A DNA stretch of 34,296 nt from a virus (taxonomy: Duplodnaviria > Heunggongvirae > Uroviricota > Caudoviricetes). The translations under genes and the position numbers were made by a program. The notes under the pieces are model-generated. The model ran no database searches and was not told where the DNA came from. It was given only the letters and a program-made list of their open reading frames with translations. The stretch covers positions 1 through 34,296 of the IMG/VR virus record IMGVR_UViG_2913128013_000001. One strand, given 5' to 3'. Shown here one piece after another: positions 17,983 to 27,694 of this stretch (position 1 is its first letter; each line of letters begins with the position of its first letter).

Positions 17983-18427
17983 GTTTAAGCGTTTTGAAGA
18001 CCGGCTGGCCGGACTGATTGAATCGCTGTCACCGTCAGGGCGTCGGCGACTGAGTGCCGAACTGGCGAAACGTCTGCGGCAGAGTCAGCAGCGTCGGGTG
18101 ATGGCACAGAAAGCCCCGGACGGCACACCCTACGCGCCACGCCAGCAGCAGAGCGCCAGAAAAAAGACCGGTCGTGTTAAGCGAAAAATGTTTGCGAAAC
18201 TTATCACCAGCCGTTTTTTGCATATCCGCGCCAGCCCGGAACAGGCATCAATGGAATTTTACGGCGGGAAGTCACCGAAAATCGCCAGCGTGCATCAGTT
18301 CGGTCTGTCGGAAGAAAACCGGAAAGACGGTAAGAAAATTGATTATCCGGCGCGTCCTCTGCTCGGCTTTACCGGTGAGGATGTGCAGATGATTGAAGAG
18401 ATTATCCTGTCTCACCTCGACCGTTAG
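17975..18427 (+). CDS. S: Tail completion protein S, 150 aa
   Basis: 150 aa, the size of P2 gpS; follows R. Confidence 0.8.
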   Translation: MNEFKRFEDRLAGLIESLSPSGRRRLSAELAKRLRQSQQRRVMAQKAPDGTPYAPRQQQSARKKTGRVKRKMFAKLITSRFLHIRASPEQASMEFYGGKSPKIASVHQFGLSEENRKDGKKIDYPARPLLGFTGEDVQMIEEIILSHLDR

Positions 18428-18493
18428 TTGTGCCATTCCCGACACCTCATCGTCACATTGCCGCCGGTATGACCCGGCGGCATCCTTCCCGTT

Positions 18494-19129
18494 ATGAACA
18501 CTCTCGCAAATATTCAGGAACTCGCGCGCGCACTGCGCAACATGATCCGCACCGGCATTATCGTCGAAACCGACCTTAACGCCGGTCGCTGCCGTGTGCA
18601 GACCGGCGGCATGTGCACCGACTGGCTTCAGTGGCTGACCCATCGTGCCGGACGTTCGCGCACATGGTGGGCACCTTCCGTGGGGGAACAGGTGCTGATT
18701 CTGGCCGTGGGCGGTGAACTCGACACGGCGTTCGTTCTGCCGGGGATTTATTCCGGCGATAACCCCGCGCCGTCTGCGTCGGCGGATGCCCTGCATATCC
18801 GTTTCCCTGACGGGGCGGTGATTGAGTATGAACCCGAAACCAGTGCACTTACGGTAAGCGGAATTAAAACGGCCAGCGTGACGGCTTCTGATTCTGTTAC
18901 TGCCACGGTGCCGGTGGTCACGGTGAAAGCATCAACCCGTGTCACTCTGGACACGCCGGAGGTGGTCTGCACAAACAAGCTGATCACCGGCACGCTGGAA
19001 GTGCAGAAGGGGGGGACGATGCGCGGCAACATTAAACATACCGGCGGTGAACTCTCATCAAACGGTAAGGTACTGCATACCCATAAACACCCCGGCGACA
19101 GCGGCGGCACAACCGGGAGTCCTCTATGA
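18494..19129 (+). CDS. V: Baseplate spike / assembly protein V, 211 aa
   Basis: 211 aa; first gene of the V-W-J-I baseplate cluster, as in P2. Confidence 0.85.
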   Translation: MNTLANIQELARALRNMIRTGIIVETDLNAGRCRVQTGGMCTDWLQWLTHRAGRSRTWWAPSVGEQVLILAVGGELDTAFVLPGIYSGDNPAPSASADALHIRFPDGAVIEYEPETSALTVSGIKTASVTASDSVTATVPVVTVKASTRVTLDTPEVVCTNKLITGTLEVQKGGTMRGNIKHTGGELSSNGKVLHTHKHPGDSGGTTGSPL

Positions 19130-19473
19130 CAGCGCGTTATCTTGGAATGAATCGCAATGATGGCCTGACTGTCACTGACCTTGAGCATATCAGCCAGAGT
19201 ATCGGCGATATCCTGCGCACACCGGTCGGCTCACGGGTGATGCGTCGTGATTACGGCTCGTTGCTGGCGTCAATGATTGACCAGCCGCAGACCCCGGCGC
19301 TTGAGTTGCAGATTAAGGTCGCCTGTTACATGGCGGTGCTGAAATGGGAACCCCGCGTCACCCTGTCATCCGTCACCACTGAGCGCAGTTTTGACGGGCG
19401 AATGACGGTCACGTTAACCGGCCAGCACAACGACACCGGCCAGCCACTTTCGTTAACCATCCCTGTGAGTTGA
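19126..19473 (+). CDS. W: Baseplate wedge protein W (gp25-like), 115 aa
   Basis: 115 aa, ATGA-coupled to V. Confidence 0.85.
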   Translation: MTARYLGMNRNDGLTVTDLEHISQSIGDILRTPVGSRVMRRDYGSLLASMIDQPQTPALELQIKVACYMAVLKWEPRVTLSSVTTERSFDGRMTVTLTGQHNDTGQPLSLTIPVS

Positions 19474-19477
19474 AACC

Positions 19478-20386
19478 ATGCCGATTATCGACCTGAACCA
19501 GCTACCTGCACCGGATGTGGTCGAGGAGCTGGACTTTGAAACCATTCTTGCCGAACGCAAGGCGACACTGATTTCTCTTTACCCGGAAGACCAGCAGGAG
19601 GCGGTCGCCCGTACCCTGACGCTGGAATCTGAGCCTCTCGTCAAACTGCTGGAGGAAAATGCTTATCGTGAGCTTATCTGGCGTCAGCGTGTGGATGAGG
19701 CTGCGCGGGCGGTGATGCTGGCCTGTGCCGCCGGTAATGACCTTGATGTGATTGGTGCCAATTACAACACCACGCGCCTGACTATCACCCCGGCAGATGA
19801 TTCGACCATCCCGCCGACACCGGCAGTGATGGAGTCTGACACCGATTATCGTCTGCGTATTCAGCAGGCGTTTGAAGGTTTAAGCGTCGCCGGGTCGGTG
19901 GGAGCCTATCAGTATCATGGTCGCAGTGCCGACGGGCGTGTCGCGGATATCTCTGTCACCAGTCCGTCTCCTGCCTGTGTCACCATCTCTGTGCTGTCAC
20001 GTGAAAATAACGGTGTGGCATCCGAAGACCTGCTGGCGGTGGTGCGCAACGCCCTTAATGGTGAGGACGTCAGGCCGGTGGCCGACCGCGTGACCGTGCA
20101 GTCTGCCGCCATTGTTGAATACCAGATAAACGCCACGCTTTACCTTTACCCTGGTCCCGAAAGCGAACCCATCCGCGCTGCTGCCGTGAAAAAACTGGAA
20201 GCGTACATCACGGCACAGCACCGGCTGGGGCGTGACATCCGTCTGTCTGCCATTTATGCCGCTTTGCATGTAGAAGGCGTGCAGCGTGTCGAGCTGGCCG
20301 CACCACTGGCCGACATTGTGCTCAACAGTACGCAGGCGTCTTTCTGCACCGAATACCGCGTCGTGACCGGAGGCTCGGATGAGTGA
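19478..20386 (+). CDS. J: Baseplate protein J, 302 aa
   Basis: 302 aa, same size and position as P2 gpJ. Confidence 0.85.
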   Translation: MPIIDLNQLPAPDVVEELDFETILAERKATLISLYPEDQQEAVARTLTLESEPLVKLLEENAYRELIWRQRVDEAARAVMLACAAGNDLDVIGANYNTTRLTITPADDSTIPPTPAVMESDTDYRLRIQQAFEGLSVAGSVGAYQYHGRSADGRVADISVTSPSPACVTISVLSRENNGVASEDLLAVVRNALNGEDVRPVADRVTVQSAAIVEYQINATLYLYPGPESEPIRAAAVKKLEAYITAQHRLGRDIRLSAIYAALHVEGVQRVELAAPLADIVLNSTQASFCTEYRVVTGGSDE

Positions 20387-20909
20387 TTCGCGACTGCTGC
20401 CGACCGGCTCATCACCGCTTGAAGTCGCCGCCGCAAAAGCCTGTGCGGAAATTGAAAAAACGCCGGTCAGTATTCGTGAGCTGTGGAACCCGGACACCTG
20501 CCCGGCAAATCTGCTGCCGTGGCTGGCGTGGGCGTTTTCGGTTGACCGCTGGGATGAAAAGTGGCCGGAAGCAACAAAACGCGCCGTTATCCGCGATGCC
20601 TATTTCATCCACTGTCATAAAGGCACTGTCGGCGCAATCCGACGCGTGGTGGAGCCGCTCGGCTATCTCATTAACATAAAGGAATGGTGGGAGACAAACG
20701 ACCCGGCCGGAACCTTTCGCCTTGATATCGGTGTGCTGGAAAGCGGTATCACAGAGGAAATGTATCTGGAAATGGAACGGCTGATTGCCGATGCCAAACC
20801 CGCAAGTCGCCACCTTATCGGCCTGAACATTATCCAGGACATTCCCGGCTGTCTGTATACAGGCGGTGTGGTCTGTGATGGTGATGTTATTACTGTTTAT
20901 CCCGGATAA
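20379..20909 (+). CDS. I: Baseplate / tail protein I, 176 aa
   Basis: 176 aa, overlapping the J stop. Confidence 0.8.
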   Translation: MSDSRLLPTGSSPLEVAAAKACAEIEKTPVSIRELWNPDTCPANLLPWLAWAFSVDRWDEKWPEATKRAVIRDAYFIHCHKGTVGAIRRVVEPLGYLINIKEWWETNDPAGTFRLDIGVLESGITEEMYLEMERLIADAKPASRHLIGLNIIQDIPGCLYTGGVVCDGDVITVYPG

Positions 20910-20919
20910 GTGAGAAACA

Positions 20920-23538
20920 ATGAGCACGAAATTTAAAACCGTTATCACTACTGCCGGAGCCGCAAAGCTGGCAGCCGCCACTGTCCCCGGCGGGAAAAAA
21001 GTAACCCTGTCTGCAATGGCCGTGGGTGACGGTAATGGCAAATTGCCGGTGCCGGATGCCGGTCAGACGAAACTGGTGCATGAGGTCTGGCGTCACGCTC
21101 TGAATAAAGTCAGCGTGGATAACAAGAATAAAAACTATATCGTGGCTGAACTGGTTGTACCGCCCGAAGTGGGCGGCTTCTGGATGCGTGAGCTTGGTCT
21201 GTATGACGATGCCGGAACACTGATTGCGGTCGCTAACATGGCAGAAAGCTATAAGCCTGAACTGGCTGAAGGCTCCGGGCGTGCGCAGACCTGCCGCATG
21301 GTCATTATTGTCAGTAACGTGGCGTCTGTTGAGCTGAGTATTGATGCCAGCACAGTGATGGCGACGCAGGATTACGTCGATGACAAAATCGCAGAACATG
21401 AGCAGTCCCGCCGCCATCCTGACGCCACGCTGACAGAAAAAGGTTTTACTCAGTTAAGCAGTGCAACAAACAGCACCAGTGAGTCATTGGCGGCAACGCC
21501 AAAAGCGGTCAAGGCAGCAAATGACAACGCAAATTCACGTCTGGCGAAAAATCAGAATGGTGCAGATATCCAGGATAAATCAGCTTTTCTGGACAATGTT
21601 GGCGTTACCAGCCTGACGTTTATGAAAAACAATGGCGAAATGCCGGTTGATGCTGATCTGAATACGTTTGGTCCTGTTAAGGCTTATTCAGGTATCTGGT
21701 CTAAAGCAACATCCACCAACGCAACACTGGAGAAAAATTTCCCGGAAGATAATGCTGTCGGTGTGCTTGAGGTTTTTGCTGCCGGAAATTTTGCAGGTAC
21801 GCAACGCTTTACCACAAGAGACGGCAATGTATACATGCGTAAACTCGCCAATAAGTGGAATGGCACTGATGGTCCGTGGGGCGTATGGCGTCACACTCAA
21901 TCAGCGACCCGCCCTTTGAGTACGACTATAGACCTGAATACGCTTGGAGCCGCCGAGCATCTTGGTTTATGGCGTAACAGTAGCTCGGCTATAGCTTCAT
22001 ATGAACGCAATTATCCAGAGGAAGGCGGCTTTGCTCAGGGGACGCTTGAGATCCTCGAAGGCGGGAATTATGGAAGAACGCAACGTTATACCACTCGCCG
22101 TGGAAATATGTACGTCCGCTGCCTTGCGGCAAGCTGGGATGCATCAAATCCGCAGTGGGAACCGTGGTTAAGAGTCGGTCATCAGTCAGAGAGTCGTTAT
22201 TACGACGGGGATTTGAATGATGTGACTTCACCAGGTATTTACAGCGTTACAGGTAAAGCGACCAACGGTCCAATACTGGACGGAAACGGCGTGACAGTCC
22301 TCGGTATTCTGGAAGTGTTGAGGCGCTTTGATGGTGTTAACGTATGGCAGCGTTATACAACTGCCGGAACAGGTACAACCCTTAAAGGTCGCACGTTTGA
22401 GCGCGTTTTTACCGGCAGCTCGTGGAGCGAATGGCGGGAAGTCTACACCTCGTATTCACTTCCCGTGAATCTGGGTATCGGCGGTGTTACAGACAGGTTA
22501 TCCAGTCTGGACTGGCAGACCTACGACTTTATACCGGGCAGCATGATAACTGTCAGGCTTTCAGATATGACCAATATTCCCGATGGGATGGAATGGGGCG
22601 TCATTGATACTAACCTGATAAATATCACTGTTGGCCCCAGTGAAGGCGGAGGTGTCGCCCGTTCAATGCAGGTATGGCGCAGCACTTCAAACAAAACCAA
22701 CTATCGTTTTTTTACAGTCCGTTTATATGGCAATCCTGGGGAGCGTAGCTTCAATATTCGTCGGCTACCAATTATCGACGAAGCCCAGACATGGGAGGCA
22801 AAACAGACATTCAGCGGTGGCCTTTCAGGTGAGCTGTCCGGCAATGCTGCTACAGCAACAAAGCTGAAAACGGCAAGGACAATTAACGGCGTAAAATTTG
22901 ACGGCTCGGCAAATATTGAAGCGTTTCCGCCAGGTGTTCCGCTGCCGTGGCCATCAGATACACCACCTGCGGGCTATGCAATTATGCAGGGGCAGACGTT
23001 TGATAAGGCAGCATATCCGAAACTGGCTATAGCCTATCCTTCTGGTGTTATTCCAGATATGCGCGGCTGGACAATCAAGGGCAAACCCGCCAGTGGGCGT
23101 GCCGTATTGTCACAGGAACAGGACGGGATTAAATCGCATACTCACAGCGCCAGTGCGTCAAATACGGATTTAGGGACGAAAACGACCAGTTCATTTGATT
23201 ACGGCACGAAGACAGTCAGTACGTTTAACTACGGAACAAAAACCACTAATACCACAGGTAACCATACACATACCATTTACAGAGGGAATGCCAATACTAA
23301 TGGTGAAACCGGTAAAACAGGCTTTGACAACCCATCGTTTAATGGCACATCAGGAGCTGCCGGGAATCATGCCCACACGGTAGATATTGGCGCACATAAT
23401 CATACGGTTGGTATTGGTGCACATTCACACACGGTTGCTATTGGCTCACACGGGCACTCTATTACCGTTAATGCTACAGGTAATACAGAAAACACCGTCA
23501 AAAACATCGCATTTAACTATATTGTGAGGCTTGCATAA
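20920..23538 (+). CDS. H: Tail fibre protein H, 872 aa (extended, mosaic C-terminus)
   Basis: N-terminal region typical of P2-like fibre attachment. Central three tandem degenerate repeats of about 60 aa (21739-22450). C-terminal His-box repeats GNHxHT / GAHxHTV (about 23137-23470). Confidence 0.85.
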   Translation: MSTKFKTVITTAGAAKLAAATVPGGKKVTLSAMAVGDGNGKLPVPDAGQTKLVHEVWRHALNKVSVDNKNKNYIVAELVVPPEVGGFWMRELGLYDDAGTLIAVANMAESYKPELAEGSGRAQTCRMVIIVSNVASVELSIDASTVMATQDYVDDKIAEHEQSRRHPDATLTEKGFTQLSSATNSTSESLAATPKAVKAANDNANSRLAKNQNGADIQDKSAFLDNVGVTSLTFMKNNGEMPVDADLNTFGPVKAYSGIWSKATSTNATLEKNFPEDNAVGVLEVFAAGNFAGTQRFTTRDGNVYMRKLANKWNGTDGPWGVWRHTQSATRPLSTTIDLNTLGAAEHLGLWRNSSSAIASYERNYPEEGGFAQGTLEILEGGNYGRTQRYTTRRGNMYVRCLAASWDASNPQWEPWLRVGHQSESRYYDGDLNDVTSPGIYSVTGKATNGPILDGNGVTVLGILEVLRRFDGVNVWQRYTTAGTGTTLKGRTFERVFTGSSWSEWREVYTSYSLPVNLGIGGVTDRLSSLDWQTYDFIPGSMITVRLSDMTNIPDGMEWGVIDTNLINITVGPSEGGGVARSMQVWRSTSNKTNYRFFTVRLYGNPGERSFNIRRLPIIDEAQTWEAKQTFSGGLSGELSGNAATATKLKTARTINGVKFDGSANIEAFPPGVPLPWPSDTPPAGYAIMQGQTFDKAAYPKLAIAYPSGVIPDMRGWTIKGKPASGRAVLSQEQDGIKSHTHSASASNTDLGTKTTSSFDYGTKTVSTFNYGTKTTNTTGNHTHTIYRGNANTNGETGKTGFDNPSFNGTSGAAGNHAHTVDIGAHNHTVGIGAHSHTVAIGSHGHSITVNATGNTENTVKNIAFNYIVRLA

Positions 23539-24116
23539 TGGCTTTCAGAATGAGTGCAGAAGCACAAACTATCCTCGTTTTCAATTTACTTGATGGAACC
23601 AATGAGTTTATTGGCGAAAGTGATGCATATATTCCGCCGCATACAGGTCTGCCTGCAAACAGTACAGATATTGCACCACCTGATATTCCTGCTGGTTATG
23701 CAGCCGTTTTCAATGCAGATGAAATGAAATGGGAACTGATGGAAGACCATCGCGGAAAGACCGTCTACGAAACGAAAACAGGAGCAGCCATTTATATTTC
23801 TGAACTTGGCGTATTACCTCCAGATGTGACAGCTATTTCCCCGGAGGGGGATTATCAGAAATGGAACGGAAATGCGTGGGTGAATGATGAGAATGCAGAG
23901 CGTGATGCACTTGTCAGAGCGGCGGAGTCTCAGAAGAAAGAGCAGATTGTATATGCCGGTGAAATTATTGGCATGCTGCAGGATGCTGTCGATTTAGATA
24001 TGGCTACCGAGGAAGAAAAGTTAAGCCTGACACACTGGAAAAAATACCGTGTGCTACTGAATCGCGTTCAGCCGGAAAATGCCCCGGATATAGAATGGCC
24101 AGAAATGCCGCAATAA
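23538..24116 (+). CDS. G: Tail fibre assembly chaperone G, 192 aa
   Basis: TAATG-coupled to H; size and position match a P2 gpG-type Tfa chaperone. Confidence 0.75.
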   Translation: MAFRMSAEAQTILVFNLLDGTNEFIGESDAYIPPHTGLPANSTDIAPPDIPAGYAAVFNADEMKWELMEDHRGKTVYETKTGAAIYISELGVLPPDVTAISPEGDYQKWNGNAWVNDENAERDALVRAAESQKKEQIVYAGEIIGMLQDAVDLDMATEEEKLSLTHWKKYRVLLNRVQPENAPDIEWPEMPQ

Positions 24117-24435
24117 ATCGTATTAGCTCTGGTGTGAGATTACTCATCTATGGCACAGAGTAAAACCTAATCTGACTGTCCGCTCTGTGCCAAGGGCGGA
24201 CGTTAGAAATATAAAAGCATCTTTATAACCTGGTTGTTGGGGAGAGTTTTGTTGCGTTCGCCACCACTCCTGAGAATGCTGCTATTTACTATGGTAATAT
24301 TGACAGCTAAAATTTATAATGAAGAGCGACTCAATAGCCAGTTCAAGCCAGATTCTGATGGGGCATTAATGATATTCCTTCTCGCTATTTCGGTATGTTG
24401 CCCACTCTAGCATCTTTAGAATAAGGAACGAAACC

Positions 24436-24939
24436 GTGACAGAATTTCTTGAAAAAATGTTTGATCGTGTTTATTCGGAAAAAGACTTCAGCATTAATAT
24501 CGCCATATTTGTCTCCGGAATCGCAGGAGTTACCTGTTATCTTATTCTCCACGATTATGTACTGACGCTGTTTTCTTTTATTATTGTTTTTCCGGTTGTA
24601 AAGATTATTGCGGGAGGATTATACCTGCGAATTATTACCCTCAAGGGAGAGGCAGTTGCAGAAAAACGACTGGCAATGCTTTATAATTCTTTGACTGGAA
24701 GAGAAAAAGAAGTAGTAATGCACTTTGTGACGCATGGTGGTTCTGTTATGACATGGGGACAAATGAATAGGCTTGATGATCCTGAACCGGGTGTAGAATC
24801 TCTGGCCCGTCGTGGATTACTGAATACGTCCGTAACGATGGATGGTATGCGAGAAACGTTTGAACTAGATCTGACCCTCTTTAATTATGCATACAACTAT
24901 CACCCCCATCAGGAGAAGATGCTTACTTCAGAAGAATAA
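24436..24939 (+). CDS. Small membrane protein, 167 aa (cargo island B)
   Basis: GTG start at 24436 with AAGGA RBS (ATG alternative at 24460). Two predicted transmembrane helices in the first 60 aa, then a soluble C-terminal part. AT-rich. Confidence 0.45.
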   Translation: MTEFLEKMFDRVYSEKDFSINIAIFVSGIAGVTCYLILHDYVLTLFSFIIVFPVVKIIAGGLYLRIITLKGEAVAEKRLAMLYNSLTGREKEVVMHFVTHGGSVMTWGQMNRLDDPEPGVESLARRGLLNTSVTMDGMRETFELDLTLFNYAYNYHPHQEKMLTSEE

Positions 24940-25243
24940 GAAATTTGTAATCTTTATGATGAAAATCTTAAACAGTATGGCGCCTCCCATCCTGTTTATT
25001 CAAAGGATGTAAGGTTTACACATTCCTGAAAACTTCAGACTCAACCATGATGTATGAGCTGTAGTATGAAGTCTCTTTCCATCCAGTTAAGTAAATGTCT
25101 GCTCCTCGCTTAAAGCGGACTTTTAGCTTAGTTAGCTAGTCAGCTCAGTGCTAAAAGCTGTATAGTCTGTATTGATGAACTAAGGAGCAGATCAGGAGTA
25201 TTTTGGAGAGCGTTTTAGTTACTGTGAAATATAATAGATTGAA

Positions 25244-25272
25244 ACCATGAGGCTCTATTAGAACCTCATGGT
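25244..25272 (-). terminator. Candidate terminator hairpin downstream of the 675-aa gene
   Basis: 9-bp stem ACCATGAGG / CCTCATGGT with an 11-nt loop, 13 nt past the stop codon. The downstream tract on the minus strand is only moderately U-rich. Confidence 0.35.
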
Positions 25273-25284
25273 AAACTTAAATAC

Positions 25285-27312
25285 TTACTGAAGTAAAACA
25301 TTCATTCTTTCTCTCCGATAATCCACAAGTTGTTCAATATCGCTCTCAAGACTTTCTATCCCAAAAGCAACTGAATCACTAATTTGTAGAGTGTGTTTTT
25401 TGACAACAGTGCTTTCAAAAAACTCATTTAATTGAATTGGTTTTTCAAATTGTTTAATTAAGTCAGAGGCTTGAAGCGTATTATTTTCCCATAATTTATG
25501 CATGGGGTGATTTGTGGACGTTAACGTACCATATTCATTTCTTACTTTAATTCCACTTATATGACTATTGTGCAGTATTTTGCTAAGTGCCGAATAGTCA
25601 GTTACATACACCCCATAGTATTTCCCAGGAAGTGAGAATGGAAGGTTGTTGACAATTACTGGTATAATTTCAAAGTTATTAATATCAAGGCCAAATTTAT
25701 CGCTGAATACATCCTGGTGTTTTTTTAGACCATCAGCAAGTCTGATAACTTGATTAGCTGCGTCAATTAAAAACATTTTCTTCTTGAATGCTTTAGTTAC
25801 AGAACCACCGGATAAATTTGTATTTTTACATTCCAGAACAAATACTTTATCATCTAATACAATTATTGCATCATACTCATATTCTTCATTCTCTCTTTTG
25901 AACTTAAAATGCTGATGATTTATTTTTAAATCAGAGAGCATTTCGTGGATCTCTTTTTCAAAACCAAATCCTTTTTGGGAAAGATCTACTTTTAGTGATG
26001 AGAACTTTGATAATATAATGTTACTTATTCCAGGGCTGAAATAGCCAATACTACAGAATAGATAATCTCCAGATTTCATTTTTAAAAGAGGAGAATCATA
26101 AAGGTCACGGGATTCATTGTTAAAGCTAGCCAAATCAATAAATAGCTTTGATTTATTACCAGGTATACCAACTAATTGTAAATATGTGCTCAATTCCGAT
26201 GAAGTAAATACTTCTCTTTTTTCCGATATTTTGGATAGTCTTTCTAGCGCGGAGTAACACCTAACCCATTCACGCAGTGTTAAACCAAAAATTAACATGC
26301 TCTCATCAGTTAAACATAGAGTCTCGAGTAGTGCTACATATGCCGGAAACTCTGATGTCGTTATTGAATAACCGTTATTAATATCTGCAAGCCTAGTTAA
26401 ATTTTCATCTACTGTTTTATGGACATTATGTTTATACAACGCCTCCATGAAGTTCTGTGATAACTTTGAATACAGCCTTTCATTTGACATGTAATCCAAT
26501 CTTATGAATTGTTCTTTAGTTAGATTAAATTCATAGAATGTCTCAAGACCAGCGTTCTCTAATCCATTAGGTAAGTTTGTAGAGGTATATTCATTTAATT
26601 CATAATCAAATAGCAGGCATGTTTCTACAGAACGCTCTAAAGAAGACCACAGTATCGAATTGTAAAATATTACCCCAGCATCATTAATATCATCTTCCTT
26701 AACATCTACCATGTCAGGAATTACAATGAAACCCCCACTATTTAACTTATAATTAAAGCCAATCATCTTCAAACTAAGAGATAGATAATCGACTGTTTTG
26801 GATATTACAACATCAGGAGAGTATGATTCACCTTGTTTGTTTTTTAAGTATGCGGTAGAAATATCAAACAATTTTGGTTCCCGGTTAATGCTCTCTAGAT
26901 ATTTCTTTGTTTCGTTTTTTAAAAAATCTATCTCACCTTGCGCCCGTCTTATTATAGCCCAACACTGTATTTCCGGCGTTTTTTTGCTGATGGGTAAGCT
27001 TGATAAGTTAGATTTAATAACATCAAATATTTTTTCCGCACAAATACATAGTTTTTTAAGGTTATCTATTTTTTGTATTAAATCAGGGACACTTGTAGCT
27101 CCTTTTAAGTCGGTGAGGAATGAATTTCTTTTTTCCCGTAAATTCACATTGTGGGGTTGTATATTGATGTTTTTTTTAAACATCGCAAAAAGGAAACGAA
27201 GTATTTTATCATTATAATTCTGTTTTAACTGTATCACTATGTTCTTTGACTTGAATTTGCAATAGTCGATTTCTAACGTTTTATAGATATTTTCTGCATG
27301 TGATTGTGACAT
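25285..27312 (-). CDS. Large hypothetical protein with C-terminal PD-(D/E)xK nuclease-like motif, 675 aa (cargo island B)
   Basis: ATG at 27310-27312 with AAGG RBS. Very AT-rich, opposite strand to the phage late genes. Motif GFGFEKEIHE (E452/E454)...YDAIIVLDDKVFVLECK (D481, D487/D488, E494, K496). No Walker A motif. Confidence 0.6.
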   Translation of the reverse strand: MSQSHAENIYKTLEIDYCKFKSKNIVIQLKQNYNDKILRFLFAMFKKNINIQPHNVNLREKRNSFLTDLKGATSVPDLIQKIDNLKKLCICAEKIFDVIKSNLSSLPISKKTPEIQCWAIIRRAQGEIDFLKNETKKYLESINREPKLFDISTAYLKNKQGESYSPDVVISKTVDYLSLSLKMIGFNYKLNSGGFIVIPDMVDVKEDDINDAGVIFYNSILWSSLERSVETCLLFDYELNEYTSTNLPNGLENAGLETFYEFNLTKEQFIRLDYMSNERLYSKLSQNFMEALYKHNVHKTVDENLTRLADINNGYSITTSEFPAYVALLETLCLTDESMLIFGLTLREWVRCYSALERLSKISEKREVFTSSELSTYLQLVGIPGNKSKLFIDLASFNNESRDLYDSPLLKMKSGDYLFCSIGYFSPGISNIILSKFSSLKVDLSQKGFGFEKEIHEMLSDLKINHQHFKFKRENEEYEYDAIIVLDDKVFVLECKNTNLSGGSVTKAFKKKMFLIDAANQVIRLADGLKKHQDVFSDKFGLDINNFEIIPVIVNNLPFSLPGKYYGVYVTDYSALSKILHNSHISGIKVRNEYGTLTSTNHPMHKLWENNTLQASDLIKQFEKPIQLNEFFESTVVKKHTLQISDSVAFGIESLESDIEQLVDYRRERMNVLLQ

Positions 27313-27561
27313 AAAGAAACCTTACAGTGGTGGTAATATTTGACATGATGTCCATTGAGGTAGCATGCAGTTTATCCAATATCCTGAATACTCGCAAATT
27401 TAAAACAATATTAATGGAGAGTATAAATATCCTGCTTAACCGGACCATTCACTTTGAGAGATCTTCCGGCAAACCAATGTCCGCAGTTCGCTCAAAGTAG
27501 ACTGTCAGATTTGACAGAGCTTTGGTTACTTAATTTGTCAGTTGGAAACTGAGAGAGTACA

Positions 27562-27589
27562 AATCAAGGCCGGCGGGCTGATTGCCCGC
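27562..27589 (+). terminator. Rho-independent terminator upstream of the FI late operon
   Basis: GGCGGGC-tgatt-GCCCGCC hairpin followed by TTTTCTTTAT on the plus strand. Confidence 0.55.
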
Positions 27590-27694
27590 CTTTTCTTTAT
27601 CTGTTGTTTCATCCACTGACCAGTCAGGTCAAATAGCGTCTCATGCACTGCCCAACAGAAAATAGTTGCACCCATTAACCACGGAGTTAAACGG

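Noticed and set aside
20412-21041. Long antisense ORFs inside GC-rich structural genes (for example 20412-21041, 27923-28609, 31374-32063, 14364-14963, 9744-10199, all minus strand)
   Set aside because: They lie entirely within well-supported phage genes on the opposite strand, have no RBS context, and are the shadow ORFs expected in GC-rich coding DNA.
24436-24939. LuxR/FixJ-type HTH in the 167-aa protein (LTGREKEVV segment)
   Set aside because: The resemblance is limited to a few residues and the rest of the expected helix-turn-helix consensus is absent, so it is not called.
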